64,000 nt of DNA from Takakia lepidozioides (Eukaryota; Plantae; Bryophyta): contig CM060732.1 in NCBI GenBank assembly GCA_030704615.1, positions 21,390,001 to 21,454,000 of the forward strand. Direction: 5' to 3'. Position numbers and translations under genes: made by a program. Of this stretch, positions 12,316 through 24,006 are shown one piece after another; within the stretch, counting starts at the first letter, position 1, and each line of letters begins with the position of its first letter. The notes below the pieces were generated by a model. That model did not search any database, was not told where the DNA came from, and saw only the letters and a list, made by a program, of their open reading frames with translations.

Positions 12316-13434
12316 GATATGCTATTTTATTTTATTTTGGACCAGGCCAGCCACACCCCACAATGGTTACAGTAGTGATTTAGCCTATCACATCCAAGTT
12401 GACTTCATAATTTGTGATAATTTGTGATAGTTTTGGCATCCTTAATCTTTCTAAACATAAAGCGGGAAAGGCTTGCTGGGTGGTTCTTGTTTGCAGTGTA
12501 AGCCTCCAGATGCAGACCCCGCACCACCTGCAACCAACTGTGGGCCTGGCACCCCATCCCCCAGTCAGTGTACTGAAGGGTACTGGTCAGCCGGGCCAAG
12601 AATTACCTAGGGGGAGGTTTATGCAAGCGAGCAAGAGTCAAACTCTGTCATCTTTGAAACTTCTATATATATCATGCCTCCGTAAAACAGCTTCTTGAGC
12701 CAGTAGGATTTTGAACTGACGCTGCTGCATGCGAATGGGTAGATTCCCTACTAAGGGACTCACGGGGCTGTCATCGAGTTTAATTACATGTGTGCTTCGG
12801 GAGGTAGAGGCCTCACGACCACAATTCGGATATTGTACCGAGCACTGTTTTCAACTACTGTTTCAAATGAGTGAGTACGACCGTTGAGAATGTGCCTGCT
12901 CTAGTTCTGTACATGCTCTTTGGAAAAGTTTGACATTGACACTGATCCAATACATCATGCATACACGATCATCTCTCTCCAGCCCCAAAAGAGACTTGAG
13001 AAATGCGTGACAAACAAATCCATGTTGGAAAAGACCCTGAAAACTGAATCGAGATCATTTGCGAGATTGTGAGTGACATGTTGGGAGGGCCTTAGAACAT
13101 CAAGATAAGATGGGAAGCTCTGTAAGATCTGTGCGATGTAATCGCCAGGCAAACTTAAATATTCTGGATTTGCAAAGGAATTTTCCGGCCTGAATATCAT
13201 CTAATCTTTGGACTTCTTTAGATTATACAGTATAATACCTAGATCTGAAAGGACAACATTCAGGCTTCGAGCCTATTCAAGACAATTGGGAGATGCGAAA
13301 GCTGTAGGAAACCGATTGATGTGTCCCACGATCTCACGAGGATCCGCCTCTGCTTAAGCACCATCTTTATTCACAAGTCGATAAAAAGTAGTGATTGCGT
13401 ACGAGTTCGCCTACACTGGCCACTACTGTACAAA

Positions 13435-13720
13435 TATTTGTGGATCGTCTCCGCCTCCTCATTGTCCATGATCTTGTCTCGATCTTGTCTCTCTTCACGG
13501 CAGATTGGACGATTAGATCCATGTCCCACAGGGCGCTATCATCATCGCATGCGTCTCTGTCTATCGAAATCTAGAACATTCTACAGGTACTTGTGTCGGA
13601 TACAGTTTATTTTCGAGAGAATCTATCATTTGTGCATTTGCTCCATCGAGAGGATGTCTCACGGTGGAAGTCTCTCCAGGTCCGTGCGCACCTAACCTTA
13701 GTTCTCACGGTCGCTACTCA
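13435..13720 (-). pseudogene. Second, decayed ET-domain repeat directly downstream of the GTE stop codon
   Basis: Frameshifted remnants DLERLPP..., LDFD..DACDD.SALWDMDLIVQSA..., HGQ.GGGDDPQI mirror the intact ET segment at 13760-14010. Confidence 0.7.
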
Positions 13721-13721
13721 T

Positions 13722-14555
13722 TCAGGACTCATTCTCTGCGTCGATGGAGGTCGCTTTGTCCAGAATGTGTGGATCGTCTCGGTCTCCTCCTTGTCCATGG
13801 GTCTCTCGTTCTTCACGAACACGTCGGACGATCCGATCGATGTCCCACAGGACGCTATCCTCGCATGCGTCTATGGCGAATTCTAGACTATTGTCGGAAT
13901 ATGTTTCGGCAATATACGCTTTCTTTTCGACTATGATGTCAGCTATTTGCAGCAGGTGGTCGCCGGGAGGTAGTTTCTGCAGATTCGCAGCCAACATCAG
14001 TTTCTCGCCACTAGTCATTTTCCGCTGTGACCTCTTTCGACGGCAAGACCACTTAAGTTCGGTATGGTCTTCTTTACTGTGGCCAGCCTCTAGTTTGGAA
14101 GGAGTCGGATCAGAGGTATCTGTCGATGCCAGCATCTCCTCCATCGTACGCGTCCTCTGCACGTCTGGAAGCTTGTCCTCCAATTTCTTCCACTCTTCCT
14201 CAAACAGATTTCCCACCGCCTTCGCCATCCCATACACCTCAGTATCTGGTTCATTGAACGCCTTCGCAAAAGTAAAGGTGAGGCGGACATCGTCGGCAAA
14301 TTCTGATATGGAAGAATACTGCTGTGCCTCCAGTTTTTTCTCGATCGTACCGAGATCCATGGGTCTCATGAAATCATCGAATAATTCGGTGACGCCCATG
14401 GGCTCTTCAGCATCCACAGGTTCGTTAGTGAATACATGTGCATGCTTGTGAGACATAAGTGTCCTCAACAATGCCCCACAATGCGCCTGAACATCATCAC
14501 TAGTAGCGATGCCTTTTCCTTTATCAACAAGCAGCTTCTTCCCCTCTCTCGGCAT
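13722..14555 (-). CDS. GTE/BET-family bromodomain + ET-domain protein, intronless, divergent
   Basis: CGALLRTLMSHKHAHVF..PVD...PMDLGTIEKKL...Y...EFADDVRLTF..A..FNEP..EVYGMA...FEEEW (bromodomain), then RKMTSGEKLMLAANLQKLP...LEFAIDACEDSVLWDIDRIV (ET). The listed TTG start is unlikely; first ATG is at 14555. Confidence 0.85.
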   Translation of the reverse strand: MPREGKKLLVDKGKGIATSDDVQAHCGALLRTLMSHKHAHVFTNEPVDAEEPMGVTELFDDFMRPMDLGTIEKKLEAQQYSSISEFADDVRLTFTFAKAFNEPDTEVYGMAKAVGNLFEEEWKKLEDKLPDVQRTRTMEEMLASTDTSDPTPSKLEAGHSKEDHTELKWSCRRKRSQRKMTSGEKLMLAANLQKLPPGDHLLQIADIIVEKKAYIAETYSDNSLEFAIDACEDSVLWDIDRIVRRVREERETHGQGGDRDDPHILDKATSIDAENES

Positions 14556-15005
14556 CTCTGAACTATGTAAACTGCTCACATTTTTAATCCCAGGCTTTAA
14601 TACTGCGTCATATCCAGTCGATCCCAGTTCCAAGAGAAAATCCCGACTGCTTCAGCATCTCATAATCTATATAAGTTCTTGTTGGGTTCTTCTCCCCACA
14701 ATCATCCACACTGATGCTCTTCCGACACTCCCTCTCAAAGTGGATCTGAATCCATTCTCTCACGGTCTCTCGAAAATTCCTTTCCTCTGCTGAAGGGCGA
14801 TCGGAAGGGCCGTCGTGCCTAGTCAGCGCAAGCAGACTCGGCGAAGAGATTTGAACATTACATAATATATATAATTACTATTAAATAGTTATTGGTTATT
14901 AAATTGCAAGTTACCGTTTGTAACATATTTAAACTCAAACTTAACGGAAAATGATAATTGGTTATTGCAAATAATAGATGGAAAAAGAAAAAGAAAAAGG
15001 GCTTG

Positions 15006-15017
15006 TAGGGTTTAGGG
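15006..15017. promoter_or_regulatory. Telo-box (TAGGGTTT = AAACCCTA) in the divergent GTE / NYN-LOTUS intergenic region
   Basis: tagggtttaggg next to an AT-rich tract between two head-to-head genes. Confidence 0.4.
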
Positions 15018-15809
15018 TCTAAAGAGACCAGGATGTGCCCAGGATTTGTGAAGCTGCACAAGGAATTGGCACACGAATCATCCCGGATCTGTGAATGCTG
15101 GAGTGTTTGAGCGAGATCTTGCTCCATTCTACGGAATATTTCTGGGATATATGGTGAGCGAGAATGCGAGTAAATTGAGTAGAGAATGTTGTGGACGAGA
15201 AAACTGGTTTTCCAGTTGTGGGTGGAAGCGCGGTTTGAAGTGTATTTCAGTGATGCGGTCAGGGAGCTCGACCATTGGGGTGTTTCGAATTTATTCTAAG
15301 AAGTGGGGGTCATATCGTTGCGGGACTATACGGGTTCTCTGTGCCCAGTGTGATTGCTTCGGTCATTCACCGAGGTTGTCCATGGTGATGGTTTGGAGGG
15401 GCATTTCGTGACTGGGTCTGTAAGTATTGGATCTGATTACCAAGGCACCATTTTCCCAGAAAGTTGTATTGGTGGACGGGACGCTTCAAGTTTGGAAGGT
15501 GGTTTTTTGAGTAATGGGTGATCAGTCTCCAGGCTCTCGGATCACAATGATCCTCGCTGGATAATGAGCTGCCAATGTTGCGGCAGAGTATCTCGTTGGT
15601 TGGGTATACTCTTGCAGGAGTAACAATGGCCCTCCGGCTTCGCCCTGAAAAGGGTTCCGGGAGGTCTAGAGCTCGTGATACTGGCATATCCAGAAGAAAA
15701 CGCTACGATTGTCAACAGTACCGATTCTATCGTTGCATCGAGGTTGCCTCTTTCTGGGAGTTTCATAGCCATCAGTGAGGGAGGGGCCAATAATATCGTT
15801 GCGGGTTCA

Positions 15810-18800
15810 ATGGGACCGAGGGTGGGCAGGTTCAGAAAGACAACCACTCTCAAATCAACAAAATCATGGAAAGGATTTACAGATTTTTCTAAAGATGAGT
15901 GCCGTTCAGTTGATAGGGAGCTACACATTGTGGAAGCCTCCATTTCAGTTCAGAAATGTAGACGGACCTCCACACTTATTGAGACTGCTGCTGGGCTTGC
16001 TGAGGGTTATAATGAGAGGGGATCCTTCATAAGGCCTCCCACTGGCAACGTAGGTGACTTTGGATTACCACAGAAAAGCAGCAATTTCTTTGGATCTGCC
16101 GTCTTGGCTACGGCTATTGGGATCAAAGTTCCCCTGTTAGCGTGCAGGTCTTTGCGGCCCCAAGGTTCCATCATTGACGGACAAGTTTCGGATTGGAATT
16201 CCTCTTCCTTCTACGGATCCCTTAAAACAAGTGCCTCTGTCCAGTTCTGTTCTGTCAGCAATGCCAGAGAGGAGAAGAGTAAGGAGCCTCCACATTTGTA
16301 TGGGGCTGGCTGGGAACATGGTCCAGGAGAGGTGCAAATTTCGGTTTGGTGGGATTTTGAGAACTGCAATGTTCCAGTGGGCATTGATGCACATAAAGTG
16401 GGTTACAATATAGTGGCTGGATTGCGAATTAGTGGCTTCAAGGGTCCTGTTTCCATAGCCGGATATGGTGATACTCTACAGCTGTCGCGGAATGTACAAG
16501 AATCTCTTACTTCCACTGGCATCCGCCTCTGCCATGTTCCTTCTGGTGAGTATTGTTGTTCTCCACATTGCTCTCTCTCCCTCTCTTTTTTCCCTCTGCA
16601 TGTGTCGGGTGGGCCTTTTGGGCCTCCCTGGACGGAATAAATTTCTTTCCTTCTTCTCTCCCTTGTTTCAGTATTTTTCAACTGTGATGCGCCGCTGTCC
16701 CATAACCTGTTTGGGCTTTTCATGGACTCAATAAAGCTCCTTTCTTTCTTTTGTCTCTTCCACCTGTCTGCTCTATCCAGGCATGCGACAAGCTATGACA
16801 AGCAGTGAGTCTCCCTCGCTCATCTGTCTTGTTGTGTGTTGTTCTCCTTTGTCCCATGGGCTCTCCGATTCCGCTTAGACATCATTAAGTTTCGTTATAT
16901 TCTGTGTGTTTCGTTGAAAAGAAAGACCGCGCTTTATTTGCCAGAAGAGGCCCCAAAGAAACAGTAGGGAGCTGAAGGCTCCCACTTTATATTTTGTTAT
17001 TATGGAGTTCAACATTGGAATAGAGCTGCAAGGGCCATTTATTGGTAATTTGGCCAGTCTACCTATTTAAGGTATACGTTGTAATGCCTGGTTTTTGTTT
17101 CCTGTGTGTTTTTGTTTCCTTGAACTCAGTTTGCCCTTGTTCAACATTCTACACCCTTGCCGGTAGGCTTTCTTGTGCTTGGACTTCAATGGAAAGTGGC
17201 ATCTGTCCTGACTTTGCACAAAGTCATCCTTTTATTTATATCTTCTCCCATGCAGGTGACCAGTAAGCATTGCCAGTCTTTCTTTTACCCTCTGGCCCCT
17301 CTCCCCTGCTTCCCTCAGATGAGATGGATTTGTGTACGACAGGTGGGAAAGATGCGACTGACAGGGCCCTAATGGTGGATCTCATATTGTGGACATTCGA
17401 ACATCCCCCGCCAGCGCACTTATTTTTAATATCCGGTGACCGAGATTTTTCAGATGCAATCCACAGGCTGCGGATGAAAAATTACAACATATTGCTGGCC
17501 TGTCCTTCAGGGACCACTGTGTCTCCAGCACTTCTTGGAGCTGCCTCTTGTGTGTGGCGATGGAACAGTCTTGTGAGAGGGGAAGGCTGGCTGGGTGTTT
17601 CTTCTTTGGATTCAAAGCCTCCAGATGCAACACCACCTAGAAACAACGTTGGGCCAAGTATACCTCCTCCCTCTACCCCTCCACCTCCACCAATGCCATC
17701 ACCTTCACCTCAAGAACGCTCTCCGTCTGGGATGCAATCAAAGTGTACTGAAGGGAACTCATCAGAGGTGGGCGAAGAAATTACAGGGGGAGGTTTATAC
17801 AAGGGTGTTGTGCGACCTGTACCCAAGTCGGTTTTGCAGAAGCTTGGAACTTTGTTTGACTCGCACCCCGATGGTATCTTGCTGCATGATCTTCGCAGTC
17901 ACCTAATCAAACAGGGCATCAGATTTGAGAGGGACTTCTATGGGTATGGTCAAATTGTTCCCCTTCTGCTTGCCATCCCGGAGGTGGTGAGAGTGGAGCC
18001 GTGTCCTGTGAAGGATAAAAATTCTTGGACTTATTTGCTCACTGCCACACACAAACGGACCCAATCAACACCTAAAAGTCAAGTGCCTGTCCCTGCTCCT
18101 TCAGACAATGTTTGTGAGAGTCCAATTGCATCCACTGTTCTTGCAGCTCCCAATGTATCCACTGCAGGAAAGCCTCCGCTTGCAGCTATGCAGTCAACAC
18201 CTGATCAGAAGATTCCCTCATCTTTGCCTACCCAATTTCCACAAGCTGTGCCTCCTAAGAAAAAAAAAAGCCCGCCACAAAAGCTTGAGTCACCCCAGTC
18301 TGTTAAGGGGTCTTCACCACAATCTCTGCTGCCCATGAAGCAGCCTGCAACTTCATTAGAAGAGGAACAAGTGCCAGTGCCTTCTCCAGCTTTGGTACCT
18401 CCTTCCATAATCAAGTCTGCTAAAGATAATCATAGGGTCGCAGACCTCCCTGTAGCTAACGACATACAGGAATTGTCTCCTCCCAAATCTGTGGAGTACC
18501 AACAAAATATTGACCCACCTCCCACGAAATCCAGTCCTCAGGACCAGGCAGATTCGAAGGCACCACCATGTCTATCAGCAGACCATTTGCCTCCCACACA
18601 TCCTTTGGCAGAGAAACCATCGCACTCAGTGCCAGAGACTATGGATGGTGTCAGGCAAGCACACCAGCTGCCCTCCTTCATGACTTACTTGATTCAAGCA
18701 GTCAAGAGCTGGGTGAACTCAAGGGCAGTCTCTGTCGACAGAGGTAGAGATCTATTTCTGTGCATTGTACTGGTTGCTTTCTATTAGAAGCATAAAGGCT

Positions 18801-21800
18801 AGTGGATAAGCATTTCCAGGTGTTAGTGGACACCAATTCAAGTGGTCATACTCTGGAATGCTGGCATTGACCATTCAATTCGATTTGCAACCACAGCAAC
18901 TCAACAGTCTCCTGGGTTTGTTCCATAATAATTGCCAGATTTTGGACTTCCTCTAAACATTCTTGCAGAAAGGTGATTGACAACTCATGTAAAGAGTGCA
19001 TCAAGGACACTGAACTCTGGTTTGTGGTTGGGCAACACTGCTTTGCAGGAAAGGAAATATTGTCTTACAATTTTGTGTTTGTATGGCAACGAATGCAGAT
19101 CAACTGAGCAAAAGGGAAAGTGGAGATGAGAGTCATGCAGAAGAGGTAACCCAAATTGAAGGAACTTCTTTTGGCACGGGACATTCCTCTACTAGTGGTA
19201 TTGGGACCCCAGATAAGGGTGACATTGGTGAGATTAAGGAAGGGGAGGCTACTGGTCGTGAAAAAACTAATTCTGTGGCCACAGTTAGAGAGGATACAGC
19301 CCCTGTTGCAGATGAAGGAAATGGACATAGGTTCATCAAAGGGGAACAAGAAACCATGACTTCCCCAACAGAACGACCCGCGGAAAAGTTTGGGAATTCA
19401 GCTGGTACAGTGGAATCTGGGGATGAGGCTGACAAGGTGAATTTTCCAGGAAAGAGCGGAGATCCTCCCACAAAGCAGGAGCAGCTGCATCCAACTGCTG
19501 GTGGAGTCCCTTGGAAAGAGCTACAATGTGGGTCAAGGGAAAGTAATACAGTAGTGTCTCTTCATCATCCCTCTGGAAAGGAATGTCCAGATGTCCAGGT
19601 CAGTGATCCACTTGGGAACCAGGATGGCGCTCTCTCTGAACCTTCTAAGCGGACCTGGAAAGAAATTTTCTTTGGGCCTGAAGAGACTGTTTCCTTGCCC
19701 ACTTTATCACCCAACAAGGACCTCAAGGATACTGGATCAGAGAGTGATGGACCTAAGGCGCAAAAGAAGTTGGAGTCCTCACATGTCCGCAGATGGATTT
19801 GGAAAGATCTCGTGTCCTGGTCCCAAAAGAGTGAGGCACTTCCCTCTGTGGATTTGTGTGCCAAGAATGATCCAGCAGGAATGGCTCTCAGATTTCCAGG
19901 AGAGCCGGAACAGGAAAGTATCTGTCTGAGTGGAGTCACTGGGAAGAAGAGCTCTCTTGCACTAAACGTGAGTATTGTTAAATCACAATGCATCGTATCT
20001 CAGATGCAACTTCCATCGATGACCTTTCAAACCAAAGAAGAAAGTGAGAAGGAGTTAAGTGCACCACCATCTTTGGCTGACCCTGAGAGTGGACCTCTTC
20101 CTGCCTCCAAAAGTGAAGGGACAAAGAAATCCGAGGTTTCTATGGGGGATGTGACTCCAGGTCCTACGTCAAACTTACCTGAAGACCAGAGACCTCTTTC
20201 ATCAAGTTTGACCCTACCAGAATTTTTACCAGCGATTATGCCTCCTACACCTCCTTCATGGGCAAGTACTTTGATAGAGCAGGGCTATCCCAGCTTTGAA
20301 AAGTTCCGAGAGTGGCTTGCAGGTAACATTGCTTTTGAGTCTTGCCACCAAATGTTTCTAGCTCCTGAGAGACTAGGTTGACAATGTTATCTATTCATAA
20401 ACTACACTATGCATACACAAACATGATGAGCTGAACTCCTTTCAAAGGCCCACTGTCAGAATCAGCACAAAAAAGTACTAACTAGAGTGGGAAATGTGGC
20501 CAGACCAATTTTGGAGGATAAGTGTTGGCAAGAGAACAAACTCATACTTCTCTGGCTGCCAGTAGAATGGAAAATTGAGGACAGGAGTTCTTAAGCAAAT
20601 CTAAACACTACTACCATCACCCACCAGCTCCAGATAACACATGTTTAAACACATGTATACACCGAATACTTCTGCGCTTTCACTGTCTATGAATGTCAAA
20701 AACATGTTTTTAATTCATTGCAGCTGTTGGCTTCATGTGACATTGACCATCTGCAGAATTTGTGGAGCAATACTTTGCAAACAACCCACGCATACAAATG
20801 CGTGGTCTCGACGTCTCTGAAGTGAAACCTGCGTTTGAGATAAAGTTTGGCATGAAGCTGGATCCCCAGGTCTATGGTTTCCGGAAAGTGAAGGAGCTGG
20901 TATTAACCATCCCCGACATTGTTGAAGTAGTGTGCCCCAGACATGACCAGTGCATGCTGTTTCCAGTTAGATCCCCTCGATCCATATCCCAGCCTGGCCA
21001 AAGCTCAGAGACTAAAGATGTGATGACAATGAAAATCTTGACCCAGCCACCCCGTCGGGAGTTGATTCGTGATTGTGAGCATCTCTTGCGAGAGCTTTTG
21101 TTGGAGCATCCTGATGGATATCCAGCAGTTAAGTTCAAGCCTGCATTTTTCAACCGATTCTCTTACCATTTGGATCATCGCAGTGAAGGATTTTCAAAAC
21201 TCTCTGACCTTTTGCGTCTGATGCCAGATATTGTCACAATTAGGCAGAGTGATTGTTTGGCAGCCCAGGTGCTTGTAGCTAGTGAAAATCCCCACTCAAC
21301 TTCAGTCTCACTGACAATAGCTACTCCTGGACCTTCACAGATATTGGGGACCACAGATTGTCCCCCTGCAGCTTTTGATCATGCAGGAGAAAGCCTTAAT
21401 GAATCACAAGGAGCCCAAAAACCATTGGCAGATGAAGGGGTTGGGCATATCAGAAGGGGTGAAGAGAAATCTCAAACACAAGTAGGAATGAAATCCCTTT
21501 CCTACTCTGAGTCCTTGAAAAGTGGAGATGAAGGTGAGCGAGCCACCTCACAACCTGGCAGGAAGGAAAAGCTGGGACCATCATTTGGTCAAGAGAATAG
21601 CTTGAGTGAGAGTGAGTTGTTGGCATTGGAAGCTTCTCACATTGCTGCTATGCCTAGTAGAGATGGTGAATATGGTGATAGCAGGAAGGCCGGGCATGGA
21701 GAAACTTCAGGACTTTGTGAGAGCTCTCCCTACAAAGGGACTGGGGAAAGCCTTATTTCTGCTGATGTTGAACTCTCATCCCAGGCTGTGAGTGAAGGCA

Positions 21801-23147
21801 GCCCCTCAAAATTGGCTGAACCCTATTTATCACAAATAACTGTTTATAGTCCAGAAATCAATCCCTATATGGATAGCACAGCATCTCATGTGACACAGGT
21901 GAAAGCTGGCCAAGGCAAGGGAGGGCAAGCTGGGGTTGGTGTACATGAACAAGGGACTTCTGGAAATCATGAGTCCTCTGTGTGGGATCTTGCAACATCT
22001 TTGATTGATGCTCAGAGGAGCTCACCTCCCACAGCAGGAGCTGACGTGCAGGAGATTGCTTTTCCACATAATGATCTGAGTCCTTTAAGCCTCCCCGTGT
22101 CTAGTAGGGAGCAGGCAGAAGTGCATATCTGCAATGCAAATGAGGACAATAGTCGAGCACAAGAGGACATTTTGGATTTGACAGAAATGGATCTTGCTCC
22201 TACGACAGAGCTTTCTGCAGGTGAATATCTCACCAACTTGCTACAAAAGGAGATGTTGGGAGAAGTGATTTTCCAGTTTTCTTCCCTGTCCTTTATTAGG
22301 ATATTTCAGAGCATATTCAAGCTAGCATTTGAGATAAGTGTGATCTTGTGCAGCAGACCTCAAAACAGATACGGAAGCAAATTTCGGTGGGACTGAAAGG
22401 GACGCCCAGAACAGAGAGCTCTTAAGTTCTTCAGCACCTTCCGAGGTCAATGCAGAGGGTGATAAACTTTGCCATGAAGCCCATTTTAGTCCAGGAAAAT
22501 TGAACGCTGAGAAAGGTGAACTCCTTGTATCTGGTGCCAACCTTCAACTTGATGGGAAAAACGAAGATGTGAACCCAATATCTTATGAACCAGTCCACAG
22601 GTTCTCAGACGAAAATTGCAGGAGAGAGTCAGCCGACGAAATAGATAAAAGAGATGGACGTCTGAGTACGATGGATGGAGACAAAAGCGAATTGTTGGGT
22701 TTGGAGCCCTTACAGAGACATAATATTTGCAGCTCGGAGGAGCAAAACTTGATTTCTTTGAAGGTAGAACACAGACTTGATGCTGTTGATGTAGAGGACC
22801 CAAGCTATCTGACCAATCACTCACTTCAGAGACCTGAGGGACCTACGGCCCCTGTAGTTCCAAATGAGAGGGAAGAAAGTCCATTATGTGAGATATCTCA
22901 ACCCTGTGGTCATGTGGTTGACAATAGAGGTGAGAGTGCTTTAGACAGTGGATCAAATGACATTCTCCAATCCTCCAATCCTGCAGTGGAGAAGGAACAG
23001 TCTCGGGGGTTGGATCAGGATAGTTTCTCTCCCACTTGTGCAGAAGGTCATGAAGATTTGAGCATCGAGAACTGCAAAGAGGCTCCAACGACTCCAAAGC
23101 CTGGTAAGAAGGGTCTCTGGCAAAGGTTGTTCAAACAAGGCCTCTAA
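15810..23147 (+). CDS. NYN-domain + three LOTUS/OST-HTH domain protein (MARF1/limkain-b1-like), about 1870 aa
   Basis: Exons 15810-16545, 17343-18743, 19099-20322, 20757-22220, 22354-23147; all introns are phase-1 GT-AG and the frame is consistent. NYN motifs VWWDFENC, GYGD, GGKDATDRALMVD, LISGDRDFS. LOTUS-like segments at about 17820-18000, 20290-20930 and 21050-21240. Start codon uncertain. Confidence 0.88.
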
Positions 23148-24006
23148 AATTCATTGCCCCTAACATTCTTTGTTACAAGAGTCGGGATTCTTCTAACATC
23201 AGTTTTGTCACAATTTGTGAAGCCTTTTAACTGCTGTCACTTATGCAGAGCTTCAAAAGAGCTGATAGTTCATTGGTAGACTTCATTGCTTGCTGTTGCC
23301 TTCCAGCCATGTGTACCCTGCACTGATGTAGGTGTACACAGAGAGATGCTCCTGATGTTCTCTCTTTCAGTTTTTTGAGGGCATTCTTTTCCGGCTAACA
23401 ATGCAGAAGAGCACCGCACATTGTTTTCAGGGCATCTGCGGTGTTCATGGTAGAGCTTGCATTGTGACATATTCTGCCAATTCATTTATCTGACCAAATC
23501 CCCATGTTACGGCAACAAAATATAGTGCAAGGAGCCTGTCCTATTTTTCTCGTGTGGTTTAAGCCAAGAAAGGTTGGCTCCCATGGAAGGCTATGGCATC
23601 ATAATAGAGGGATCTCAACCATGCTGATATTGCAGGCTGCAGCAACCCCCTCAAGTCAAGCAGTTACTGTGACCCAGGGATCCCTGGATAGCTGATGCAT
23701 ATGTGGCCAATGTATAAATAAGTAAACGTACCACTAACCGTTGAATTATTAGGAGGAGCCTTGACTGGCAGGTGTCTGGAATTACAAACTTGTAACCAAG
23801 GTTCTATGTTATATACAGATCAGTTTGATTTGAAATCATCACAGTTACTCAGCCTGGCAGCAAGCTCACCTGAAAATGTCCAGAAGGATAAACAATATCT
23901 AGGTACAATATCTCAAAATACCGCTGGGCACATTTCACAGGAGAGGAAAAGCATATAGACCACCGATGCAATGGCGGTAGATGAAGATGATTGTACAAGG
24001 TCCCAA

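Noticed and set aside
13744-14451. Long antisense ORFs (13744-14451 +, 23981-24538 +, 63243-63692 -, 5314-5883 -)
   Set aside because: Shadows of well-supported coding frames on the opposite strand, with no motifs of their own.
19049-19098. Acceptor ttgcag at 19048 for NYN-LOTUS exon 3
   Set aside because: It puts the exon out of frame; the acceptor at 19098 keeps the frame.
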